Below, piece by piece: positions 19,046 to 28,850 of a stretch of 64,000 nt of DNA. Positions within the stretch are counted from its first letter, which is position 1. Every line of letters starts with the position of its first letter. The DNA comes from Candidatus Bathyarchaeota archaeon. GTDB lineage: Archaea > Thermoproteota > Bathyarchaeia > Bathyarchaeales > Bathycorpusculaceae. The notes under the pieces were generated by a model. That model was not told the origin of the DNA. It worked only from the letters and a program-made list of their open reading frames with translations, and did no database searches. Position numbers and translations under genes: made by a program. The stretch is from assembly GCA_963827165.1 (NCBI GenBank), contig CAWGZR010000004.1, positions 1 to 64,000 of the forward strand, in the 5' to 3' direction.

Positions 19046-22000
19046 ATGGGAGTTGGGGCATCTAACATGGAAGAGGAATCACGCGTCAAAACTGAACCCA
19101 AAGGGGAGTTGCCAGCCCTTGACGCATCAGGCATAGCGGAGTACATCCGTTTCGACTGTTGCCCCCGCTACTTCAAACTCCGCTTCGAAGAAAAAGACGA
19201 AAAGAAAACACCGTGGCCTGAAGCTTTCCATAAGCCACTGAGCCCCCTGCTTTTCACTGCGGGTAAGCAGCTGGAAGAAAAAACTGTTCAGAACCTTAAG
19301 GCAAAAGCTGCTGACTACAGAGATTTCACATGCTATGACCCTAAACAACAGAAAGAACGGTGGCCCATCGAGTGGCAAAACTCAATTCACGACATAATGG
19401 AAATCCTCGAAAACGCCATTTCAGCCGATAAAGAAAAACCTTACAGCCCTGTTCTGATTTACCAAGCGCCGGTGATGGGTCATATTGGCATGTGGGATGT
19501 AAAAGGTATCGCTGATCTCATTGGCGTATGGCCAAGCAAAAATGGCAAAGTCAAAATCCGTATTTTCGAAATCAAGTCTTCTTGGAGGGAGCAAACAGCT
19601 CACCGCATACAGGTCGCAATCTACGTGCTCTTGCTAACCGCGGCCATCGGCGAACTCGCTTCTAAGGTCGATTTCGAAGGCGGAGTAATCAACAAGGAAT
19701 CAGACCTAAAGAACCTCCTGCCGGAAAGTTTACCCTCTTTTCGACTTGAACCCTTAATCCAGGACGTCCAAAGACTCCTGAGCGCAAACGGTGAACTTTT
19801 CAGAATCCACAAAAAAAGGCTCTGCGACGTGGAATACCAGCTTTCTTGGCAATGTGATAACTGCGGCTATAATGAATGCTGCGTTGTTCGAGCGGTAGAA
19901 AAAGAAAGCGTTGCGCTTCTCAATTTGACCCGTGGTGAACAGAAGGCTTTGCGGCAACATGGAATTTTGCTGCTGGAAGACCTTGCCAAGTTGAAAGCAG
20001 TGCCTAGGCAAGAGGAACAGAAACCATACAACTTCAAAGAGATTCGCGCATCAGATCCAAAGAAAGTACAATCCTTGTCTGCTGACCCAATCATAGGAGG
20101 TAAGCTTGACAGGCTAATTCAAAGAGCTCAATTCATGCTTTTCGGAATACGTCCATCAAGTCCATGCGCGAACAAGGTAAGGGCGATGCCATGGTTAACC
20201 GGAACTGGATACGGCACTTTGCCTGAGGATAGCCCTTTGGAAGGCTCAGACACCGCGCTTCTATTCAAGCCAGATGGAATGATACGCGTCTATTTTCACA
20301 TTCAATGGGATTACTTGGTAAACATCATTTCGATGATTACCGCCCGAGTCAGCTGCACAAGATATAGAGGCGAAGCAATCAGCATTTCAAAAATCGTTAA
20401 CGCAATACCCAAGGAACAAAAAGAATGCATAGACGAGGAAAGAAATTTGCTGCAGGGATTCTTTACTGAGCTCACCGCGGCAATCAACAAAGTCGCTGTT
20501 GAGGTAGGCAGCCCAGATGAAGCACCCATTCACCTGTACTTTTACACTCGCCAGGAACGCGACCACCTCATGGATGCAGTACGACGTCACTCTTCTCTGA
20601 TAACAGCCAACGCCGTTCGGGACCTACTGGGGTTAAGGCAAGCTATAGACCAACCGATGTTTTCGATACTGCGAGACGAAATCCTCTTAAGAAAGGCAGT
20701 CGGCTACCCGAGTACTGGGCTTCTTCCAGTTCTCAAGCAATCAAGCTACTTCAACAGCAACCAATGGGTAATCAACCGCAAAGACGGATCCCAGCTTGAT
20801 CCCAGACGGGTTTTCTATGATGGCTTCTTCAACTTTGAAATGCCATACACAAAAAACCCCAACGACACCATTTCATTCCTCATCGGACCTGACCCTCGGC
20901 AAAAAGCAGGATACTACCCAGCACGTGCCCGTTTCGGAAACCAGATTCCCATCGAATACTTGTGGGCTGCGAAGGGACGACTTGACAGCAATCAGGAAAA
21001 AACCCAATCTAGAATTATGGTGGAGCGACGCATGTGGCGCGACTTCCCGACCAACACGCAAAGAATCAGCGATGAAGACTTGACGCTTCTCGGACAGCAG
21101 CTATGCATGGTGCTGGAGCATATCGAACGTTCCCTAACCATAAGGAATCGTCGGTTGGGCAAGAAGCCGATACCTGTGCCGCAAATTCCAAAGTTCACTT
21201 TGGGCAATGCAACTTTGAAGAGTAGCTGCAGCGAATTCTTAGACTTAGAATACTTCGCTAAACGTCAAGAACTCTACCAGCACTACTCTTTACTACCATG
21301 CCAACGAGTCAGCACGGGCAGATCAGTGATTTTCGAATGCGAAAGCGCTGAAGAAACGGACCGTGAGTTCAATGTGAGAGGTAGAATAATCTATGAAGCC
21401 CTGGGGTTGCCCAAGTCCGAGTGCCTAATCAACGCTTGCAGAATCAAGGGATCAGACGAATCTGGATCTGGAGACTGGATGGTTGCCACCGAAATCAGGA
21501 AAAACGAGCAGGGACAGTTTGAAGAGATGCAGAAGAAGTCTCCTTCTGAACTTGAGAAATCCGCGCTTGTCATAATAGACCGGGTTGATTTACGCAAGAT
21601 GGAAGTGGCGGTTAAAGTACTCAGTTGGCCCAGCGGAAAAACCAGACAGTACAGAACATGGCATAGCCTCCCAACCACCGACAAGATGAACGCCAAAGAA
21701 GGCAAACAACAGGTCTTCGAAGCAGGACGAATCTACATTTTAGACGAAATGGCTGACGACATCATTTCTGAGCGAGCGAAAAAATGCTTAGACCACACAG
21801 ACAATAACCAACTGTACTGTTTGCTAGAGGCCTTTTTGGCTGGAACAAGCAAACCCTCGGAACGCACCCCCTTGCCAAGGGAGCCGGCAAAGTCTTTCTT
21901 GAAGTGGGCTAACACCAAAAAGTTGCCGCCTAAACCAGAGCAGAACGGTTTCATCGAACGAGTTTTCGGCAGGGAACAAGTTGTTATGCTTCAGGGTCCA

Positions 22001-23410
22001 CCTGGCACTGGCAAAACTGAAACTCTTCAGTTGGCAGTGCTCGCCCATATTGCCGCACACAAAGCCACAAGTAACTGCCGCGTGCTAATGGTTGCTCCAA
22101 CGCATAAGGCAATTCAGGAGTTTGTCAATAAATTGGCCAAAACATGGCAAAGCTACTGCAGCGAAGGCAACGAAGATTTGGCTAGGTTAAAAATTTATCG
22201 CGTTGCAAACAGCAATCATTCAGCTAAAGCCGCTGACGGCATCAAATACGTGAATTACAACAAGGACGAAGCTGTCGTTGCGGAATTGAAGAGCGCGCTT
22301 TCAAGCCAAGGCAAACTGGTCCACGAAGCAGGCGACGATTTTCCTCTGGTACTATGTGTCACGCCGCCAGGACTGTACGGTCTCATGAAGAAAATAGGCG
22401 GTAAAGAACCCGAGTGGGACGAAGGCTTCTTTGACCTGCTCGTAGTAGATGAAGCAAGCATGATGAGACTGCCCGAACTGATTCTTTCAGGCGCATTTGT
22501 CCACAAAACCGCGCAGATATTAGTGGCTGGTGACCACCGCCAGCTTCCCCCAATCCAAGCGCACAACTGGGAAAAAGAGGATCGACGAACCATAGAGGAA
22601 ATGGCGTCGTTTTTGTCAGCAATGGATTTTCTCAGAATGCTACGACAAGAAGATCTGGGACTTGAACACATTAAGTCACTGCATAAAGCGGATATTCCAA
22701 CTGAGCGGCTTAGCGAAACCCATCGTTGCCATCGAGTGGTCGCGCAGTTCCTAAGGGACTGGGTGTACAATAAAGACGGAATTGATTTTCGCTCAGACCA
22801 AACGCAGACTCTTCAAGACGCAAAACCTAACACCGAAGGCTTAAGCGTTGTTTTGAAGCCCGAAAACGTCTTTGTACTTGTCGTCCACGACGAAGAGGAA
22901 AGTTTTCAATCAAACTTGGTTGAAGCACAAATTGTTAATGCCTTGGCGCGAAGCGTAAAACCCGAAAGTGTAGGCGTCGTTGCCCCGCATAACGCTCAAC
23001 GCGGCGTCGTCAAGAACCTTCTGCTCGACGGCTACCAAAACATGCGCGTGGACACGGTGGAACGCTACCAGGGAGGCGAGGCAGACTTCATAATCATCTC
23101 GTCGACAGTGAGCGACCCTGACTACGTTCGAATAGAAAGCGACTTTTTACTGAACCTAAACCGTCTAAACGTTGCGATCTCTCGAATGAAAAAGAAACTC
23201 GTCATCATCGCAAGCCGATCAATCTTCGAGTTCCTGCCCCAAGACGCCAAAGACTATGACAAGGCGCTTCTGTGGAAAGGCATAGCACAAACAGTAGGCT
23301 TTACCGCAAACGGCAACCCAAAATGGCGAGGCAGCTTGAAGGACTTTTTAGGGAAACCCGCCGTGGAAGTTGAGCTTCAAGTTTACGTTAAATCCGCTCA
23401 AAGCGACTAA
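19046..23410 (+). CDS. Cas4/RecB-like PD-(D/E)XK nuclease fused to SF1 (Upf1/Dna2-like) helicase, 1454 aa
   Basis: DCCPRY, GIADL..EIKSS..HRIQVAIY, CDNCGYNECC; helicase QGPPGTGKT, VVDEASM, AGDHRQLPP, ETHRC, DTVERYQGGE, RLNVAISR. Confidence 0.88.
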   Translation: MGVGASNMEEESRVKTEPKGELPALDASGIAEYIRFDCCPRYFKLRFEEKDEKKTPWPEAFHKPLSPLLFTAGKQLEEKTVQNLKAKAADYRDFTCYDPKQQKERWPIEWQNSIHDIMEILENAISADKEKPYSPVLIYQAPVMGHIGMWDVKGIADLIGVWPSKNGKVKIRIFEIKSSWREQTAHRIQVAIYVLLLTAAIGELASKVDFEGGVINKESDLKNLLPESLPSFRLEPLIQDVQRLLSANGELFRIHKKRLCDVEYQLSWQCDNCGYNECCVVRAVEKESVALLNLTRGEQKALRQHGILLLEDLAKLKAVPRQEEQKPYNFKEIRASDPKKVQSLSADPIIGGKLDRLIQRAQFMLFGIRPSSPCANKVRAMPWLTGTGYGTLPEDSPLEGSDTALLFKPDGMIRVYFHIQWDYLVNIISMITARVSCTRYRGEAISISKIVNAIPKEQKECIDEERNLLQGFFTELTAAINKVAVEVGSPDEAPIHLYFYTRQERDHLMDAVRRHSSLITANAVRDLLGLRQAIDQPMFSILRDEILLRKAVGYPSTGLLPVLKQSSYFNSNQWVINRKDGSQLDPRRVFYDGFFNFEMPYTKNPNDTISFLIGPDPRQKAGYYPARARFGNQIPIEYLWAAKGRLDSNQEKTQSRIMVERRMWRDFPTNTQRISDEDLTLLGQQLCMVLEHIERSLTIRNRRLGKKPIPVPQIPKFTLGNATLKSSCSEFLDLEYFAKRQELYQHYSLLPCQRVSTGRSVIFECESAEETDREFNVRGRIIYEALGLPKSECLINACRIKGSDESGSGDWMVATEIRKNEQGQFEEMQKKSPSELEKSALVIIDRVDLRKMEVAVKVLSWPSGKTRQYRTWHSLPTTDKMNAKEGKQQVFEAGRIYILDEMADDIISERAKKCLDHTDNNQLYCLLEAFLAGTSKPSERTPLPREPAKSFLKWANTKKLPPKPEQNGFIERVFGREQVVMLQGPPGTGKTETLQLAVLAHIAAHKATSNCRVLMVAPTHKAIQEFVNKLAKTWQSYCSEGNEDLARLKIYRVANSNHSAKAADGIKYVNYNKDEAVVAELKSALSSQGKLVHEAGDDFPLVLCVTPPGLYGLMKKIGGKEPEWDEGFFDLLVVDEASMMRLPELILSGAFVHKTAQILVAGDHRQLPPIQAHNWEKEDRRTIEEMASFLSAMDFLRMLRQEDLGLEHIKSLHKADIPTERLSETHRCHRVVAQFLRDWVYNKDGIDFRSDQTQTLQDAKPNTEGLSVVLKPENVFVLVVHDEEESFQSNLVEAQIVNALARSVKPESVGVVAPHNAQRGVVKNLLLDGYQNMRVDTVERYQGGEADFIIISSTVSDPDYVRIESDFLLNLNRLNVAISRMKKKLVIIASRSIFEFLPQDAKDYDKALLWKGIAQTVGFTANGNPKWRGSLKDFLGKPAVEVELQVYVKSAQSD

Positions 23411-23451
23411 CAGAAATCGGCGTCTAAGCATGTGGATGGTTGTTTTAAAAG

Positions 23452-23898
23452 TTAGAATGGCCGCATATTCCATACCCGGTAAGCCTCATACCAGAACACG
23501 GAGCATACGATTGCTCCAAACGAAAGAATAAACAGGTTGCCGCGGGTGAAACCGTCAAAAAGAAACGCCATGTACAGAACGAAGAACACAGTGGAAAAGA
23601 GGGCGTAGAAGAAATATCTGGGGAAAAGCAGCCTACCCAACTTGACGAAGTGGCGAAGCACCCCGATTTTCACCTCGCCAACTAGCATGTAACGACCGCT
23701 AACATTCTCTTTCTGAACTAAACCCAACTCGCGCAGTTGCTCCAAATGGTGAAAAGCAATGCTGGGGCTGCTAAAATGGAGGGCACGTTGAACCTCGCGA
23801 ACCCCCGCGGCGTTGCCGTTTTTAAGCAAAAACCAATAAACCTGCCATGCCTTGCCTCGTAACGAGTACTCAAGATCGGCTCCGTCGCTACCACTCAA
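23452..23898 (-). CDS. Winged-helix regulator with two C-terminal TM helices
   Basis: GVREVQRALHFSSPSIAFHHLEQL.ELGLV.K followed by two hydrophobic segments. Confidence 0.8.
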   Translation of the reverse strand: MSGSDGADLEYSLRGKAWQVYWFLLKNGNAAGVREVQRALHFSSPSIAFHHLEQLRELGLVQKENVSGRYMLVGEVKIGVLRHFVKLGRLLFPRYFFYALFSTVFFVLYMAFLFDGFTRGNLFILSFGAIVCSVFWYEAYRVWNMRPF

Positions 23899-24316
23899 CC
23901 AACTGAACCCTCAATGCAACATACAAACAAGCTGAAACATATAAGACCAAGCTTTAGAACACACCATAAAAGACATAACTATCCAAAGAGCAACTGGATC
24001 AGAATTTAAAACAACAATCCACAAATTTTTAACTTAAAAGCTGAATTATGATTGTTTTTTTAATCCCTTCGTTAGCTTGGTTTGTTGTGAAGTAAAGTTG
24101 CAATTTTGGGGTGCAGTTAAGTTTGGAGCGGCTTGATTTTGGGTTAATTTGTTAAAATGTGGGTTATTCGACTTTTTTTTAAGTGAAAGTCGTGAAGGAT
24201 TAAATAAGCAAGCATACAAGCGTTATGTCGGTTGTTTTTGGGTGGGCAAGTTCAATTGATTTTGTTCGGGTAAGCGGCGGTTTTTTAAAAAAACCGAATG
24301 GCGCGAGGCATTAACT

Positions 24317-24709
24317 GTGGATACGATTGCAAGAAGACTGGAATTATTGAAGCTTGAAGGCTTGGGCTTTTCTCAAGCTGAGATAGTGAATCAACTGAGT
24401 CAAAAGGCGGAGTGTTCAAAGCGTGCGATTTACTTGGATTTTGAAAGTCGGTCAAGTTGGCAGCCTATCTTGCAGAGCGTTCTGAAATGCGAAGACGTTT
24501 TGATGAAGGTTGTTAACCGGTATGAGCAGATTTACCGTCAAGCAAGCATTCGTTTGTTAACTAGTCAAGGCGAGTTAGCTCAGCTTGGCGCTTTGAACAT
24601 CATGCTTAAGGCAAATACGATGCTGTTTCAAACTGCTGTTCTGCCTGAGGTTGTAAATCGACTGCAGGTTTTGGAGGAGAAAACTAAGCGAGGAGTGTTT
24701 GTGCAATGA
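24317..24709 (+). CDS. HTH hypothetical protein (terminase small subunit-like, tentative)
   Basis: RRLELLKL..GFSQAEIV..CSKRAIYLD HTH, then helical C-terminus. Confidence 0.55.
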   Translation: MDTIARRLELLKLEGLGFSQAEIVNQLSQKAECSKRAIYLDFESRSSWQPILQSVLKCEDVLMKVVNRYEQIYRQASIRLLTSQGELAQLGALNIMLKANTMLFQTAVLPEVVNRLQVLEEKTKRGVFVQ

Positions 24710-25125
24710 ATTTTTCCAAGTTAAGCAAGAAGGTTGATGATTTGTCGGTAAAGCTTGCGGATGAACCTAAAGAGTGCATAGCTAGATTTGATAATAGCTC
24801 TTTTTCTGAAGCTGAGAAGGTTCTTTTTCGCAAGTTTGAGGAATTGCAGGAAGAACATGGTGCTCCCCTTCCGAATGATATTCTAAAAGCAAATATGAAT
24901 TTGATTTCCAAGGCTAACGAAGTCATCTTCAGATACGCCCTGGGCACGTTTAGGTTCGCAGTTCTTTGTCACTTGGGCAATCCCGAAAACAAAATTGACA
25001 CATTTTATTTCAATTTACATTTCCACAAATTCTTGGTGGGTTTGAAAGATGCTTTGAAGAATGTGCATGAATGGCCTGAAAGTGAGCGTAAAGATCTTGA
25101 TGAATTTTTGGAGACAAGAAAGTAA
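24706..25125 (+). CDS. Hypothetical protein
   Basis: 139-aa ORF overlapping the previous gene by ATGA. Confidence 0.6.
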   Translation: MNFSKLSKKVDDLSVKLADEPKECIARFDNSSFSEAEKVLFRKFEELQEEHGAPLPNDILKANMNLISKANEVIFRYALGTFRFAVLCHLGNPENKIDTFYFNLHFHKFLVGLKDALKNVHEWPESERKDLDEFLETRK

Positions 25126-25207
25126 GGGCAGATTCTTTTGGCGCTGAAAATGCTTCCGGTAATTTAACACGTGAGAGAAAACACCGAATATAGTGAGGAT
25201 AACGACA

Positions 25208-27195
25208 ATGAGCATTACGACAGAGTTTGAAATAACCGTTCCGCCCGCTGAGCTTATCGATGTTGATTTGCTTAGGACGGATAAATGCAACCCCAACAAA
25301 CTTAGCCCCAGAAAGTTTGAAGCCTTAAAGAAAAGCATTCAACGCTTTGGCTTTGTTGTTCCCGTTATTGCCAACAAGGATTTGCTTGTGGCTGACGGTG
25401 AACATAGGATCTTGGCAGCTAAAGCGCTTGGATTAAAACAGGTAACCGTTGTTAGGTTGCCTATTTCAGAAGTGGATAGGCGGTTGATTCGGCAGGTTAT
25501 GAATAAACTTCGCGGCGAGCATGATTTGTTCTTGGATGCAGAAGAATATTACAGGATCATATGTGAGGACCAAAGGGATTCGTTGAAGTCTTTGGTTAAT
25601 TGAAACTGATTTGCGTATTGATAATTTGCTTAAGCTTCGTGAACCAGCCATGTTTTAGCGATGAGGATTTGAAGCGACTTGCGATTGGGTTTGAGTCTAA
25701 AGTTGAAAACAACACCCTTGACCCAGCCGTTGAACGCTCTGGGGAGATCTGTTGACGTTGAAGTGCAACATAGAGTTTTCCACAAAGGCTGAAGTTACAG
25801 AGAGAACTTTGGCTGTTTGCGAAGCGTTTGGGCTTGGAGTAGATGAAACTAAACGGTTTGTGGTTTACGACAATTTTAGCCTTGAATTCAGACAGAGGGA
25901 CTTGATTTATGTGACTGGGGATTCTGGAGGCGGCAAATCTTCTCTTCTGAGGGCGTTTAAGAATTTTTTTGGTGAAGAATCAATAGAGCTTGACGATTTG
26001 CAGGTTAATTCTGAAGAGACACTTGTCGAAGGCGTCGGCAAAGACGTTAAAGAAGCCATTGAAATCTTGAGTTTATGCGGGTTAAATGATGCTTTTCTGT
26101 TTCTGCGCAAGTATAAGGAGCTCAGCGACGGACAAAAATACCGGTATAAACTTGCAAAAATGGTTAATTGCAAAGAAAAACATGTTTGGTTGGTTGATGA
26201 GTTTTGCGCTTCCCTTGATCGAGTTATGGCTAAGGTAGTTGCTTATTCTCTTCAGAAGATAGCTCGAAAGCTTGGCAAAACAGTGGTTGTGGCCACTACG
26301 CATGAGGATTTGTTGGATGATTTTCAGCCGGATATCACTGTTAGGAAGGGTTTTGAAGGCGAAGTTACAGTTGATAGACATGATTTTGAGGCCAAGCCAT
26401 GCAGCCTGCTAGATGCGATGCGTTTGGAAGAGGGCAGCTTTGAGGACTACGAGAAGCTAAAACGCTTCCACTACAGAAGCACCAATGAAAAAGAGAAAAC
26501 ATCAACCTCCGAATGCGCGAACTGCTTCAAACTCATTTACAACAACAATTTAATCGGTGTCATTGTTTATTCAAATTCCTATTTGAATCTAAAGCCGCAG
26601 AAACATGATTTTCGGGGACCGTTACCTGTTTACCCCAGGAGACTTGCACAGGGCCCGGCTGATAAATGATGAAATCGCAAGAATAAGCCGAGTTATTATT
26701 CACCCCAAATTCCGCGGGATCGGCTTAGGAGAGTTCTTTGTGAAGACAGACATTGCCTTTAGCTAACGCCAAAGTGGTTGAGGTTTTAGCAGTGATGGCT
26801 AAATACAACCCGTTTTTTGAGAGGGCAGGAATGGTTAAAGTTGACTACAGAAGAGAGGAGACAGCAATCGACAAAAAAATCAACGCCTTCTTGAAGGAGA
26901 CACAACTTTGATTTCCGATTTGCCAAGTCAAAGACTTACTGCCACGACTATTTCAGCCAGACTAAATGCGGAAGACAAACAAACTTTGACAGCCTATCTT
27001 AAGGAATTTGTTGAACAACCGTTCATTAAAGCTAAAGAAGTAACACCTGAACTATTAACCAAGACGCTTCATTCAAACGGCAACTACCTCTACTGGATAA
27101 ACTCAAGCAGCCTCAAGCCAACAGCCCTACAACCTGAAACAGCACCACTTGAGCATCCGCAATCAGCCTTGGAAGCCAGACAGGCAGTGGATTGA
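25208..27195 (+). pseudogene. Frameshifted ParB N-terminal domain - ABC ATPase - GNAT acetyltransferase fusion
   Basis: ParB NPN..SIQRFGFVVPV..DGEHR; ATPase GDSGGGKS, LSDGQKYR, LVDEF, ATTH; GNAT ISRVIIHPKFRGIGLG (about 26683-26730, outside ORF track), AVMAKYNPFFERAGM; protein-like linkers across frameshifts. Confidence 0.72.
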
Positions 27196-27273
27196 AAGTG
27201 ACTCCGTCATATATGTACAATTATGGACAAAATGGGCAAGCAGCTAGCAGAAAAATGATGGTGAACTGTAACC

Positions 27274-28080
27274 ATGCAGAGTATTGACCCACAAGTTCAT
27301 GATGCGAAGCTATCTGTAATGGAGCTGTTCGAAGACAGATACGGACGAGCAAAAAGAAAACCGTACTATGTCGCTCAGATTAAAACGCGTCTGGAAGCAA
27401 GTTTTTCTGATGATGTAGTCTATCAAGCAATCATGCAACTGGTGGGAGAACATAGGCTGTCCAAGACTAACGCAGATACAAAATACGCGCAAAAGGTTGT
27501 TTTCCTTTATAATGCAAAATTTGATAGCTATAAGTTCAAGCGCTCACGTGATATACATGTTAAATCAATCTGCAATATCATCAACAAGTACTCACACCCA
27601 GAAGTCTCCAAACAATATGGCAAATACTTAGAGGGCTTAGTTAAGGCAGAATTACAAACACAGGGGTTTACAATCGTTGGAGTCCACACAAATAAATACA
27701 AATACAAAAAATACGGTGCGAGCAATTACAATCTTGATTTTATTGCAGAGCACAGTTCAGGCAAGTTAACCATAGGCGTGGAAGTTAAGAACACCATTTC
27801 CATGATGGATAAAAAAGAAGTAGATATCAAGGTGCACATGTGCGATTTCTTGGGAATTACACCTGTATTTGCAACTCGTTGGCTAAAACCGTACACTAAG
27901 CTTATCGATGACAGAGGCGGTTTTTCATGGACATTCAAAACCCAACTATACCCACCACGCTTTAACGCTCTAGCAAAAACTCTCAGCAAAAGATTACATT
28001 TACCAGTGAACGTAGAAACGGAACTACCGACGGAATCAGTGCAGCTTTTCCATAGCTGGGTTAAAAAACAAACAACATAA
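27274..28080 (+). CDS. PD-(D/E)XK restriction-endonuclease-like protein with N-terminal wHTH-like region
   Basis: LEGLV..QGF..LDFIAE..VEVKN. Confidence 0.7.
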   Translation: MQSIDPQVHDAKLSVMELFEDRYGRAKRKPYYVAQIKTRLEASFSDDVVYQAIMQLVGEHRLSKTNADTKYAQKVVFLYNAKFDSYKFKRSRDIHVKSICNIINKYSHPEVSKQYGKYLEGLVKAELQTQGFTIVGVHTNKYKYKKYGASNYNLDFIAEHSSGKLTIGVEVKNTISMMDKKEVDIKVHMCDFLGITPVFATRWLKPYTKLIDDRGGFSWTFKTQLYPPRFNALAKTLSKRLHLPVNVETELPTESVQLFHSWVKKQTT

Positions 28081-28199
28081 GAATCTATAGTTTTTTTAGG
28101 TTTTAAAGGTGAATTTCAAGTCTAAAAGGAAATAGGCAAATCTAACGCTGGATTAATCCTTATAACGAAAGCAACCTATCAGGAACAACTAATCGCCAA

Positions 28200-28643
28200 G
28201 AAGTCATAGACCACACATCTTGACCCTAAATATCGACAATAGCGGATTGACTAGGCAAAAAAACATCAAGATACAATGCCTGAGGCAAAGGAGCTCCTGC
28301 GAAAAGTGCTTGGGTAGAACTGATTATTCGCAACAAGAGAATTTATTGGTTCTCGAAAGCAAGATTGCAACCTTTTTTGTACATATGTATCATATGTAAT
28401 CACCATGTATTTCACCAATAAAGGTTGGGAACTTGCCGAGAAAAACCAAATTTCCCCATTGATTTTGCAGAAGTTTAGCATAAATTTGCCTTCTGCCAAA
28501 ATAATTGCGTTTTCCAGTTTTGTGCCTAATTAGATTTAGGTGCTCGCTATCTCCACTTTTTGGCTAGAGAATAATAACGGCACAAAACTAAAACAAGGTG
28601 GAGAATAAAAAATACAGAAATGTTAGATTTGTTTCTCTTTAGT
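28200..28643 (-). repeat. Composite dispersed repeat, copy A (most complete)
   Basis: Aligns by eye with 45198-45390, 46180-46432 and 48002-48180; core ggtttttctcggcaagttcccaacctttattggtgaa..tacatatgatacatatgtacaaaaaaggttgcaatcttgctttc at 28447-28355. Confidence 0.9.
28519..28546. other. dif-like site (11-6-11)
   Basis: TTTGTGCCTAA TTAGAT TTAGGTGCTCG: TAA-N6-TTA core with imperfect inverted arms. Confidence 0.55.
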
Positions 28644-28850
28644 TTAATCTTTTTTGTCTAAATGGCTTATGAAAACTGGGCATTCTATGCATTGCTTTGT
28701 TGTGCATAGTTCTTCGGTAAATGGGCAGCTATGAAATATTTTTGCAAGATATTCGTTTAATGCCTTATTCTCTACTTCTTCAAAATCAAGTTTGGCGTTG
28801 CTAAGAAGTTGTCGAATTTCCCCTGTAGTTTTCTGAGTCATTTTGGTCAA
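28644..28850 (-). CDS. Small protein with C-terminal four-Cys motif
   Basis: CPFTEELCTTKQCIEC; stop lies beside the hairpin repeat. Confidence 0.55.
   Translation of the reverse strand: MTKMTQKTTGEIRQLLSNAKLDFEEVENKALNEYLAKIFHSCPFTEELCTTKQCIECPVFISHLDKKD

Larger units (their letters stand above)
24317..28080 (+). mobile_element. Degenerate virus/integrative-element block (HTH, hypothetical, ParB-ABC-GNAT, nuclease)
   Basis: Co-oriented mobile-type genes at the start of the AT-richer island; no integrase or capsid gene visible. Confidence 0.5.

Noticed and set aside
19046-19900. Cas4 as evidence of a CRISPR-Cas locus
   Set aside because: The domain is fused to an SF1 helicase; no cas1/cas2 or array nearby
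28266-28499. ORFs 28266..28499 and 46359..46541 sharing MVITYDTYVQKR
   Set aside because: Translations of the non-coding repeat; copies differ by frame-breaking indels
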